A stretch of DNA of 64,000 nucleotides from a virus (taxonomy: Duplodnaviria; Caudoviricetes), in IMG/VR virus record IMGVR_UViG_3300011561_000001, positions 25,993-89,992 of that record. One strand, 5' to 3'. How positions within the stretch are numbered: position 1 is the stretch's first letter; each line of letters begins with the position of its first letter. Under the pieces are notes generated by a model. It made no database searches. It saw only the letters and a program-made list of their open reading frames with translations, and was not told the DNA's origin. Shown piece after piece: positions 9,526 to 18,280 of this stretch. The position numbers and the translations under genes are program-made.

Positions 9526-9861
9526 TTATCTCTTACCTTGGAAGTACAAGTCCAAGCGACTCAAGATGTTTGATTGCATCAAATCCTGTCGTGCTATGAT
9601 GTCTGTACGTAACCCTTCCATCTTGCTATTAAGACGGTCTTCTACTTCCCTCAGATCACCCTTGTCTATCTTCACTTTGTCCAATGCAATGACTTTGGTT
9701 TCAAGGGTTTCAACTTTGGCTGCTTGCTGTTGAAAACTCCACACTACAAGAGACATGACGATAGCCATCAACCCAAGTGCCGCCCTCTCCCAATATGTGT
9801 TAATTCGTCTATCTACAATGACAGCCGTTGTTTCCGGTGCTGGATTATTCCGGTGTGGCAT
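9526..9861 (-). CDS. hypothetical single-pass membrane protein (holin-like candidate)
   Basis: TMD AALGLMAIVMSLVVWSF, then coiled coil; overlaps the o-spanin stop. Confidence 0.65.
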   Translation of the reverse strand: MPHRNNPAPETTAVIVDRRINTYWERAALGLMAIVMSLVVWSFQQQAAKVETLETKVIALDKVKIDKGDLREVEDRLNSKMEGLRTDIIARQDLMQSNILSRLDLYFQGKR

Positions 9862-10132
9862 AATAAAGCTCCATTATCTGCTTCTTGTGCTCTCTCTGTC
9901 TCTCAAGCAAGGATTTGTATTTAGCAATACAGGAAGTGTTTTCTACATATCCAATACTGAGGCTTCTAACAGACCACCCAGCCTCTTTAGCTACACACGG
10001 ATCGACAAGAAGACTATCTGGTGTTGTATGCACTCTATCTCTGTATTGCACTTCGGTGAGCTTCGTTGAGCATCCGCTGAAGATCAAGAGGCAACACACC
10101 ATCAATGTCCACAACGTTAGTTTCTTCAACAT
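9845..10132 (-). CDS. o-spanin (Rz1-like lipoprotein)
   Basis: Signal peptide MLKKLTLWTLMVCCLLIFSG-C with lipobox; start lies inside the i-spanin gene. Confidence 0.85.
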   Translation of the reverse strand: MLKKLTLWTLMVCCLLIFSGCSTKLTEVQYRDRVHTTPDSLLVDPCVAKEAGWSVRSLSIGYVENTSCIAKYKSLLERQREHKKQIMELYYATPE

Positions 10133-10436
10133 CCGAGGATTCCTTAGTAGTTGCATTAGATTTCTTTGGGATGCTATCTATCTGCTTTACAATCCCTTCT
10201 TTCTTCTCATCCAAGGCTTTCTGTTCTTCGTCCTTCTTTCTATTGATTTCATCAACGATAAGACAGGATTTAGTAGCCTTTTCTACATCAGAAACAAGCG
10301 TTGCATTAGCTTTCACTAAACGATCCACATCAGCTTTAAGCGTCGCTTTATCGCTATAAAATGAGTAGGAGAGATAACCAAACAAGGATGTAAGGGAGAG
10401 CAGAACAACTATGATTATGATAAATAATCTATTCAT
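10035..10436 (-). CDS. i-spanin (Rz-like)
   Basis: N-terminal TMD, periplasmic coiled coil, C-terminal D..LP..L..ML. Confidence 0.85.
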   Translation of the reverse strand: MNRLFIIIIVVLLSLTSLFGYLSYSFYSDKATLKADVDRLVKANATLVSDVEKATKSCLIVDEINRKKDEEQKALDEKKEGIVKQIDSIPKKSNATTKESSDVEETNVVDIDGVLPLDLQRMLNEAHRSAIQR

Positions 10437-10659
10437 CCTCTTCCCTCATATCGTCATAAGATTGATCCACCAACCTACCAATAGCACCAAGAAGGCCAAG
10501 AATGGATGCTGAGACAGCTAGAGTTCCAAATGCCACTTGAGAGGACAGGACACCTAATACAGCCAAGCCAGAAACACTGAGAGCAATCAGCAAGTTTGCT
10601 ACAAGAGAAAGAAAGCTGTAAGTCTTAAGAATCTTTTTCCAATCTTCGTGAAATTTCAT
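10429..10659 (-). CDS. holin (2 TMD, pinholin-like)
   Basis: MKFHEDWKKILKTYS plus two hydrophobic helices and a charged tail; lies between endolysin and spanins. Confidence 0.75.
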   Translation of the reverse strand: MKFHEDWKKILKTYSFLSLVANLLIALSVSGLAVLGVLSSQVAFGTLAVSASILGLLGAIGRLVDQSYDDMREEDE

Positions 10660-11197
10660 TATATTGCTCCAAGAATTCTTTATATTCTTTCTGCTTCTCT
10701 GGTGTAAGCTCTCCAAGGCAATAAGGCATTGTCTTGTCTCTACGGATCACTAGCCCCTTGAGCACCTTACCTCCCGCATAAACCCATCGGGTCAATTGCT
10801 CACAAGCTTGTTCGTGCTTCTCTTGGTTGACAAGACGAAGAAGGGTGCTACCTTTGACAGAGTTGATACCAAGATTGAAGGTGAAATCATTCAAAGCTTG
10901 ACGTTGCCATTCAGAAGCATAAGGTACACGAACAGCACTATCAATTTGCTTGAGATGTTTCTTCCAATCCTTAGCAAAGATTTCCATGCACTCTTCTTCT
11001 GTGTAGGAAGATTTTACTTTCTCTCCTTTCTGAACAAGGTGCCCGGCGCACACAGTCTTATAGCCCACAGGATCAGAATATGGTTGTAATACTAACCCCT
11101 CTGCTGGTAAGGTTAGGTCATATGCAACAAAAGCAGCAGGGGCACTAAGCCCCGCTGCAATAAATGCTGCAATCAATTTAGTTTTTATACTTTTCAT
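10625..11197 (-). CDS. SAR endolysin (GH24 lysozyme)
   Basis: Exact E-x8-D-x5-T triad (EGLVLQPYSDPVGYKT); Ala/Gly-rich N-terminal SAR helix; GL..RR near C-terminus. Confidence 0.9.
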   Translation of the reverse strand: MKSIKTKLIAAFIAAGLSAPAAFVAYDLTLPAEGLVLQPYSDPVGYKTVCAGHLVQKGEKVKSSYTEEECMEIFAKDWKKHLKQIDSAVRVPYASEWQRQALNDFTFNLGINSVKGSTLLRLVNQEKHEQACEQLTRWVYAGGKVLKGLVIRRDKTMPYCLGELTPEKQKEYKEFLEQYNEISRRLEKDS

Positions 11198-11488
11198 CTA
11201 AGGCTCACTACCCCTCTCAAGAGATATGTGTTCACGGGCCAACTCACCATAGTAGGCAAGCTCGCAGTGCCCAATACGTCCAGCTTCCGTATCCTGATAG
11301 TCAAAGAAGAACAAGATGTCCACTACTTTCTCCAACCATTTAATATCTTCCCTAAAGGCTCGGCTGGAAATAGTCTCGTCTGGGTATCCTTTAAAGAGTG
11401 CGTTAATAAGTTGGTCAAAGGAGATTAGTACAGCAACCCACCAAGACCGCCTAGACTTATCTGGTTTGTATAAGTCTAGCTTATTCAT
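11198..11488 (-). CDS. conserved phage hypothetical protein
   Basis: SFDQLINAL..G.PDETISSRA...HC motif, seen in small genes after tail fibre modules. Confidence 0.7.
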   Translation of the reverse strand: MNKLDLYKPDKSRRSWWVAVLISFDQLINALFKGYPDETISSRAFREDIKWLEKVVDILFFFDYQDTEAGRIGHCELAYYGELAREHISLERGSEP

Positions 11489-12093
11489 TACACTGCTTCT
11501 TCTACTGATGGGTACAGAGTCTCAGAGTTTGCAAAAGCAATCTCTTCAACTACTGGGAGGGCGTCTTCTAATGTTGCAATAGAGTCAACCTTAGCGTGTA
11601 CGTCTTTACACCAAGTGAAACAGAGTTGCACATGGTTGAATACAGCCTGCCCAATAATAATGGCCTCATCGCGGGAGATTACAGTCCACTGCCCCGGAGC
11701 ATACTCAAAGTCAACTTGCGTAGCTTCTGGGGTGACGTTCAATCCAGCCACCATATTACTTACACGGTTCTGGTCTTCGATAGTTGTTTGGATGGTATTA
11801 CCACCAACCACCACACCGCCTTGTTCAAGCATCTTACGTTTCTTGCGGGTACGCTCTTTAAGCTCTTGTTTGAATGCGGTATAGAAGTCACCTTCCGTCA
11901 CTTCCACCATCCACTCTTCTGGTTCAAACTCATCTTCTGCAATACCATAAAGGACAGGAGCTTGTCCAAAAGATGACTCAACTGCAAATGTTGGAGTGAT
12001 TCCTTCGGGAATATCAGGGCCACGCTTAGCGGGTTCTTTGGAGACAGGGATACGGGTGGCGTAGTCAACGTATGTGAATCGGATGTATTTCAT
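11488..12093 (-). CDS. tail fibre assembly / DUF4376-like protein
   Basis: C-terminal half R...EQGGVVVGG..IQT..EDQ...V..HVQ.CF.W fits DUF4376; follows the adhesin gene. Confidence 0.65.
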   Translation of the reverse strand: MKYIRFTYVDYATRIPVSKEPAKRGPDIPEGITPTFAVESSFGQAPVLYGIAEDEFEPEEWMVEVTEGDFYTAFKQELKERTRKKRKMLEQGGVVVGGNTIQTTIEDQNRVSNMVAGLNVTPEATQVDFEYAPGQWTVISRDEAIIIGQAVFNHVQLCFTWCKDVHAKVDSIATLEDALPVVEEIAFANSETLYPSVEEAV

Positions 12094-12109
12094 GTATACC
12101 TCTTAAAAC

Positions 12110-12138
12110 TTAAACAAATGCAGCCCCACGGGGCTGCA
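12110..12138 (-). terminator. intrinsic terminator-like hairpin after adhesin gene
   Basis: TGCAGCCCC/GGGGCTGCA stem followed by TTTGTTT on the - strand. Confidence 0.65.
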
Positions 12139-12178
12139 CAAGAAAACCATCAATAATTGCAAAGATGTGTAAAACACA

Positions 12179-13696
12179 TCATATTGCAATACGGCGTACT
12201 CCACGAACAAAGCGCACGCTCGTCTTATTGAAGTTGTTCTGGACGCCATAGCTGAAGTGCTGATACCAACCATTCGTAGACGAAGACTCCGTACTGGTCC
12301 AGTATTGGTTTGATGTAGTAAAAGCTTCACTGTTACCAGCTCTAAAGATAGTAACACTAGTCTGAGCAGGACTACCGGACGTGTAATTACTTGTTGTTGG
12401 CACAGAGCTTGTGTTAGCACCAGAACTTGTATTGTTGGCGTCCGTAGTTGGTTTCAGATAACGATATAGAATCTCCAACTCATCTTTAGCAGGCAAGTAC
12501 CAGTCATTATAGCCATTGATGCTAAGGTTGTTGCAGAAGTTGGCTGCTGGATGTGCAGATGCCCCTGCTGCAATCATAGCATTAGTGTTGGCCAAGCCAT
12601 CGTTAATGCTGGTGGTGCCTGTTGTGTTGCTGGCGGAAGTCTTCCAAGCCAACGTAGTCCCAGACTCACCACCCTGAGCTTTAGGGGCTACAATAAGTGC
12701 ATATGTAACACCTTCTGTAACAATCTTACCTGCGTAATAACCCCCACCATAAGGTAGTCCCACGGAACTTGGGTCGAATGTAAAGAATTCAGCTTTGGTT
12801 GTGAAGGAGTATTCCCCCCAACCCCCTTCGCCCAGTGTTGCACCTACATGACGTACTCTTGCCTTATATTGGGTACTTTCAAGCAAGACCCCGACAGGGA
12901 CGACAATGGATGTCTTATTAGCAGTGTTACCAAGTGATTGCCAAACCACAGAGCTGTCAGAGACTTTAACGATCTGCCAGTCAGTAGATGCGTGACTATC
13001 TGTACCATTGAATACGCTGAAAGCAGAAGTGGTGATAGTGGGAGTTTCGGCAACATCAGCCGGTCCACCTGTGACACTTACTGTAGGGGTATTCACATAC
13101 TGATTAGTGGTAGTGAAAGAAACAGTAGTAGACCATACAGAGTTGCCAATGGTGGAGCTAGTGTAGCGTACCCTTGCGTAGTAGACGGTATTAAGATTAA
13201 GCCCACCGGGGACAGTGATGCTTGTCAAGTTAACTGTGTCTACACCACTGTCATACGCAATGTTTAGGAAGTTACTATCAAGAGCTATTTGCCACTGAGA
13301 TGACTGGTGTACACCTTGACCAGTCGGTGTGGTAGAGTATGCGCTAGCTGCGATAGTGGGGGTAAGACTAACATTAGTCTGCCCTGTTGTCGGAGATGTG
13401 ATACTTGGTTTGTTAACTACAGCAGTACCAGCGGCAACAACAAACACGGAAGGTTTACCATCCTTGACAACAGTTAAGTTGACTTGTGTTGCACCAACAG
13501 GGTTGGGGACACTTAAGGTAATTGTGTCATTTGTAATTGACGCAGTGCCGACATTGCTAGAAACAGACCAAGTGCTGAAAGAACTATAGTCTGTGATAGT
13601 GTAGGTTTCTGTACTTCCGGGGTTAATGATGACATTACCCAAGAGGCTCACATCACCAATAATAAGTGCGCGAGCAGCGCGAAGAGAGATAGCCAT
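12179..13696 (-). CDS. tail fibre adhesin: Ig/FN3-like repeats plus C-terminal DUF1566 (C-type-lectin-fold) domain
   Basis: Two P.I/V...HxS..WQI...YxARVR FN3-like repeats; GGGYYAG...YALIVAP; GYNDWYLPAKDELE; YWTSTE...W...F..G.Q...K...VRGVRR. Confidence 0.8.
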   Translation of the reverse strand: MAISLRAARALIIGDVSLLGNVIINPGSTETYTITDYSSFSTWSVSSNVGTASITNDTITLSVPNPVGATQVNLTVVKDGKPSVFVVAAGTAVVNKPSITSPTTGQTNVSLTPTIAASAYSTTPTGQGVHQSSQWQIALDSNFLNIAYDSGVDTVNLTSITVPGGLNLNTVYYARVRYTSSTIGNSVWSTTVSFTTTNQYVNTPTVSVTGGPADVAETPTITTSAFSVFNGTDSHASTDWQIVKVSDSSVVWQSLGNTANKTSIVVPVGVLLESTQYKARVRHVGATLGEGGWGEYSFTTKAEFFTFDPSSVGLPYGGGYYAGKIVTEGVTYALIVAPKAQGGESGTTLAWKTSASNTTGTTSINDGLANTNAMIAAGASAHPAANFCNNLSINGYNDWYLPAKDELEILYRYLKPTTDANNTSSGANTSSVPTTSNYTSGSPAQTSVTIFRAGNSEAFTTSNQYWTSTESSSTNGWYQHFSYGVQNNFNKTSVRFVRGVRRIAI

Positions 13697-13739
13697 GCAG
13701 GTTTCCTTTAATCAAAATTTCATGGGGTGGTAGTGGAGG

Positions 13740-14357
13740 TTACACTTCCCAACTTGTACCGTTGAACACAAAGTTCACTTCGTCGTCAATGTCATAAATG
13801 ACATTTGCATCGCTTCCAGATGATGTTATAATCACACCAGAAGAAACGCGGACGGTAATTTCTAGGTTGGGACGTTTTACCAACGTCACCACTTGCCCTA
13901 CAGTCCCGGTGGTGGGGAGTGTTACAACCAATGGTGCAGCAATGTAGTAGCGAGAGTTGGGTGAGGCTGAGAAGCTAGCGCTCTGAACTTCATACCCTAT
14001 AAACCTCTGTAGTGCAGTAGCACTCTCCGTGGAGGTAAAAGCCTCCTCCCAATAGCTCTGAGAGGAAATCGGGTCATTGCCGAAGTTGGTGAATGTGCAG
14101 CGATAGATAGTTCCATTCGCACCTTGAACGTAACTCTTACCTGCTTGATACTCTGTAACCGCATCCCATACAGGAATTCCGTGCTGGTTAATATGAGCAA
14201 TGGCTTGGTCTTGGCGACTATCCAACCAGTTAAAGAATTGCAGTGGTGGAACTTCTTCAATCCAGCCACGAAGAATCTTACTATCTTCGGGCTTAATTTT
14301 CATCCCTTGATCTGCCCATACAACATTGAGCGTATCTGGTTTTGTAATTTGAGGCAT
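13740..14357 (-). CDS. short tail fibre / baseplate-anchored adaptor
   Basis: N-terminal KP..LN.VWA...GWIEEVP..QFFNW...GIP.WD..TEY anchor motif; shared C-terminal domain ending FNGTSWEV. Confidence 0.7.
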   Translation of the reverse strand: MPQITKPDTLNVVWADQGMKIKPEDSKILRGWIEEVPPLQFFNWLDSRQDQAIAHINQHGIPVWDAVTEYQAGKSYVQGANGTIYRCTFTNFGNDPISSQSYWEEAFTSTESATALQRFIGYEVQSASFSASPNSRYYIAAPLVVTLPTTGTVGQVVTLVKRPNLEITVRVSSGVIITSSGSDANVIYDIDDEVNFVFNGTSWEV

Positions 14358-15032
14358 TTAAACTCTCCAATTTATCCCGTCAAAGACGATTGTGATTTCA
14401 TCATCAATGTCATAAGCAACCTCAGTTGTGGTGCCCCCTCCTGTGATGATATTGGCGTTGGTTGAGGTGATACTTACAGCAGTGTTTGGTGATCTTATAA
14501 ATTGAATGAAGTCTCCATCTATATAACCAGCTACAATAGGGTCTTCTAACACAACTCGCATAGATTGCTTGATGTAATACCTATAACCTTTGCGGGCAGT
14601 GAAGTCGCTAGACCGTGGGCTGAGGTAGAAAGGGGGCTTATTATTAAGTTCCTCATAATCCCCACTGACAGCCACAGGAGCCAAAGACTCTATTTTATTG
14701 TAGTGCTCAATTGACATAAAACCCGGAGCACTTTCAGACGCTGTTCCGTGTGCGTTAACACCTACACTCCCGTAGTGCTCATCTGTAGAAACTTCTACAA
14801 TTGACACACGATCTTCTACAGCCTCAATTGACAACTCGTTTGTTGTAGCTTTTTCAAGAAGGAATTGTGTGCGGTTGGCAAGCTGTTGTGTCGCCACATT
14901 GGAATATCCACCCACGGGAACGGAGCCTGAAAACTCAGGACTCCCTCCAAGTACAGGTGTGTCATATTCGATTTCATAGATTGTTGGCGACCAAACAGTA
15001 TCTTCTGTTAAATTCCCCATCATACCCACCAT
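14358..15032 (-). CDS. short tail fibre / adaptor
   Basis: N-terminal W...IY.I....PVLGG...N.A..QLANRT motif; shared C-terminal domain ending FDGINWRV. Confidence 0.7.
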   Translation of the reverse strand: MVGMMGNLTEDTVWSPTIYEIEYDTPVLGGSPEFSGSVPVGGYSNVATQQLANRTQFLLEKATTNELSIEAVEDRVSIVEVSTDEHYGSVGVNAHGTASESAPGFMSIEHYNKIESLAPVAVSGDYEELNNKPPFYLSPRSSDFTARKGYRYYIKQSMRVVLEDPIVAGYIDGDFIQFIRSPNTAVSITSTNANIITGGGTTTEVAYDIDDEITIVFDGINWRV

Positions 15033-18000
15033 TTGTTGTTGTAGAAGGTGAACAACACTTCTTCTGTAATGTCAATTATCACAGATGTGTCTTCACCAGC
15101 ATCCGTACTGATATTAGCGTTTATAGCGTTTACTGTCACAATGGCGCTGTTGGCTTTGTTGAAGCGTACAATAGAGCCGTTTGGAATAGTCACAGCCAAT
15201 GGGTTTGGTAGTGTAGCTGTCAAGTTAGCCGTGCAGAAGTAACCCCTCCCAATCGCAGATGTAAAGTTTGCACTCTTGATTTCCAATGGTTTCTCTGGAA
15301 CAGCAAGAATTGCTTGCCTCACTCGTTGTGCGGTCCACGCTCTGCGTGTGGTAGCAGTCCCTTCCTCAGCTTCAGCTTGAGATACATCTATTAGGTTGCC
15401 AGCGTGATACAGGTCGCGGGTGACTCCGTTGATACGGGCGTAGACGCCTGCCGTGGTGGTCCACATATCGCCGTTAACTAGGGTTGTGGGGGTTGCACCG
15501 TGAGGGAGGTTTATACTCGCAGAACCAGTTGCGGGTGTTGCTGTGACAAGTTTGCCAGTGAATGTTTTACCTGTCATTGATGAAGGTAATCTCGCATCTT
15601 GTAACGTGCCTGCGTTTAAGTTACTCGCATTCAGGTAGATTGCAGATTGTTCGGCCTCAGAGACTCTTAACCGATACCAACTCCCCCAAGTTCCGTTATT
15701 AAGTTCTCGCCTGTAGGTTTTGGTATCACTCTCGGAGTCTCCACTGAAAGCATGAACTGTTTGAGTACACCAACCTACAGCACCATGATTCTCAACGTGA
15801 CCAATAAACCAAGTACTTGCAATAGGTGCATTAGTGGCATTGGACGCCATGTACCAACCATTGCTGATTGCTGTGTCCCAGTCTGTAACAGTAGCAGCTA
15901 CAGCCCCAATGCGCGTAGGGACTCGTGCATCTGCAATAACACCACTTGTAATCTTACTGGCGTCCAATGCAGGGATATCGGTTGCAGCTAGAGAACTCCC
16001 CGCTGTTACCCTACCTTTACCATCTACTGTAACTTTAGGGTATGTGCCAGCACTTACTCCCGTATTGCTCAGAGTAAGAGGGATTGCAGCATCGCCACTT
16101 CCATCGAAAGCAACGCTACCACTTCCATCACCTGTTAAGGACAAAGTGCGTGCTGTAGCCAAACGGAGGGCAGTATCTGCTGTACCTGCACTCACTGCAA
16201 TCTCGATATAGCCGCTACCACTCCAGCGATAGATGTCATTAGTATCCGTGGTTACATAAATCTTACCACTCTCACCTGTAGCCGGTAGATTGTTAAAGGA
16301 AGATACTTCAATAACATCATCAACATAGGAGGGGAGTTGTGTAGCTGGAACCTTACCGTCACTTCCAAGCGTAGCTACACCGTTAGCAACCCCTTTCTCT
16401 GTACTGCTAATTTTGGCAGCAGCAAGGTCATAGGCGGATTTAACTGCACTAGGGGTTGCTGCTTGGGTAGTGGATGTGCTATTAGTTGCACTGTTTAGCT
16501 GAGCAACACCAACAGATGAAGTAGATGCAGCAGGGAGTCTAGCAACAGCCATTGTACCAGATGTAACTTTGCTTGCATCGAGGTTGGGTATATCTGCTGC
16601 AACCAAGCTAGAGCCAGTTGTTACTCGCCCCGTATCGTCTACAGTTACTTTTGTGTATGTACCACTCACAACACCAGAGGAGGGGAGGCGTGCGGCAGGT
16701 ATAGTGCCGCTTGTTAGACTGCTGGCATTCAGGTTACTCATATCAAAGATAACCCAATTTTGCCACACACCACCTTGATAGTTACGCACAGCCATCATAG
16801 GACGACCAGAGTACGACCAAGCACGTTGCACCAAAGTGCTTTCGCTTGTGTAACTCCTTACGCATTCCACATACCAGAAACTTGCACCAGAGGGTGTGTT
16901 GGTGTTCCCTGTTGTAGATATAAGGACTCGTTCACCGCTTTGCAGATTGTTTAGGTCAAAGTTTGCACTAGTGCTGTAGTAAGTGGGGTTTGAGCTATAG
17001 TCCGCAATACCACTACTCAGTCGTGCATTACTCAGCGTACCACTGACAACTTTACTGGCGTCAATGTTTACAGTTGTGGTGATGGAAGCATTGTTACTCG
17101 CATCCCAATTTGCCACACTACCAACGGCATCTCCAGTCAAAGATACAGAGATTGGAGTACGGAGCTTATCAGCACTTACAACAACACTCCCTGACTCCAC
17201 AAGTTGCTTAGTCTTAAGCGGAGTCATATAGGCTGTATCAACAGCAGCGTCTGTGGCTTGTACCTGTGTGGCTACTGGGTAGTTTTCTACATTACCAAGG
17301 GATACATCCGTCTTGGAGATAACGACAGCCCCTGTACGACCTTGTACACTTGTTACACTATTGACTTGCGCTCCTGCTGCAATACCATCCAACTTACTCT
17401 TGTCTGTGGAGGACATAAAGCCGTTAGTGGTAGTTGTAACTGCTGCGTGAGAGGTCCCACCCGTCCCGATGTGTGAAGATGGAGTGGCGTCTGTAATACC
17501 ATACCCACCGAGGGTGGTTGGGTTAGTACCTGCTGTCACACGTCCTTTAGCGTCTACAGTTACAGACTTGTATATCCCAGGAGCAACACCTGTATTGGAG
17601 AGCGTGAGAGTTGCGCTGACGTTGGCTGTACCGTTGAAAGGGACCGACCAAGTGGCATCACCCGTAGCGGCAATAGTGCGACTGTTAGTAAGCTTCAGTG
17701 CCTCGTCTGCCGTACTAACAGAGTTGTTAATCTTGAAGTAACTTGAACCAGTCCACCGATACGCACTACCTGTATCAATGGCAATGTAAATCTTACCACT
17801 CTCACCTGTAGTGGGGAAGTTGGCAAGAGATTCAAATTCCAACACATCGTCTACATAGCTTGGGAGTTGTGCTTGTGGGACTTTACCATCTGTACCCAAG
17901 GTGGCAAGACCAGAGGCAACAGCTTTCTGTGCATCAATCTGACCATCTACGAAGGTTCCGATATCGAGGATATCAGAGGCTGTGTGCGTGTGGATAACAT

Positions 18001-18265
18001 TTGCTTTGGTGTCAATAGCTGCTTCAAGCTCTTGCTTGTCTGCAATCTGCTTATCTTCAAGATCGCCTACACGAACCTCAAGAACACCATTGTCATTTAT
18101 AACACCATCGACTAGTTCTTTGAGAGTATCTGTCCGATTCTCAAGCTGAACTGTGGCGGCGTTAGCATAGCCAGCACTTACTCCCCCATCCGGTGTAAAA
18201 ACAACACCACCACCGATTACGGGGTCTGTTATTTTAAGCTTATAGATATTTTCTTCCCAAGCCAT
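15020..18265 (-). CDS. long tail fibre (1081 aa, modular)
   Basis: Same N-terminal anchor motif as 14358-15032; duplicated LPSYVDDV...GESGKIY modules; three VTVD.KGRVT repeats; two knob-like domains ending W..W. Confidence 0.9.
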   Translation of the reverse strand: MAWEENIYKLKITDPVIGGGVVFTPDGGVSAGYANAATVQLENRTDTLKELVDGVINDNGVLEVRVGDLEDKQIADKQELEAAIDTKANVIHTHTASDILDIGTFVDGQIDAQKAVASGLATLGTDGKVPQAQLPSYVDDVLEFESLANFPTTGESGKIYIAIDTGSAYRWTGSSYFKINNSVSTADEALKLTNSRTIAATGDATWSVPFNGTANVSATLTLSNTGVAPGIYKSVTVDAKGRVTAGTNPTTLGGYGITDATPSSHIGTGGTSHAAVTTTTNGFMSSTDKSKLDGIAAGAQVNSVTSVQGRTGAVVISKTDVSLGNVENYPVATQVQATDAAVDTAYMTPLKTKQLVESGSVVVSADKLRTPISVSLTGDAVGSVANWDASNNASITTTVNIDASKVVSGTLSNARLSSGIADYSSNPTYYSTSANFDLNNLQSGERVLISTTGNTNTPSGASFWYVECVRSYTSESTLVQRAWSYSGRPMMAVRNYQGGVWQNWVIFDMSNLNASSLTSGTIPAARLPSSGVVSGTYTKVTVDDTGRVTTGSSLVAADIPNLDASKVTSGTMAVARLPAASTSSVGVAQLNSATNSTSTTQAATPSAVKSAYDLAAAKISSTEKGVANGVATLGSDGKVPATQLPSYVDDVIEVSSFNNLPATGESGKIYVTTDTNDIYRWSGSGYIEIAVSAGTADTALRLATARTLSLTGDGSGSVAFDGSGDAAIPLTLSNTGVSAGTYPKVTVDGKGRVTAGSSLAATDIPALDASKITSGVIADARVPTRIGAVAATVTDWDTAISNGWYMASNATNAPIASTWFIGHVENHGAVGWCTQTVHAFSGDSESDTKTYRRELNNGTWGSWYRLRVSEAEQSAIYLNASNLNAGTLQDARLPSSMTGKTFTGKLVTATPATGSASINLPHGATPTTLVNGDMWTTTAGVYARINGVTRDLYHAGNLIDVSQAEAEEGTATTRRAWTAQRVRQAILAVPEKPLEIKSANFTSAIGRGYFCTANLTATLPNPLAVTIPNGSIVRFNKANSAIVTVNAINANISTDAGEDTSVIIDITEEVLFTFYNNKWWV

Positions 18266-18280
18266 GTAGTCCCCTATTGT

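Noticed and set aside
16300-17870. YVDD motifs suggesting a reverse transcriptase for the DGR-like tip
   Set aside because: Both lie within the duplicated LPSYVDDV tail fibre module, with no other RT motifs.
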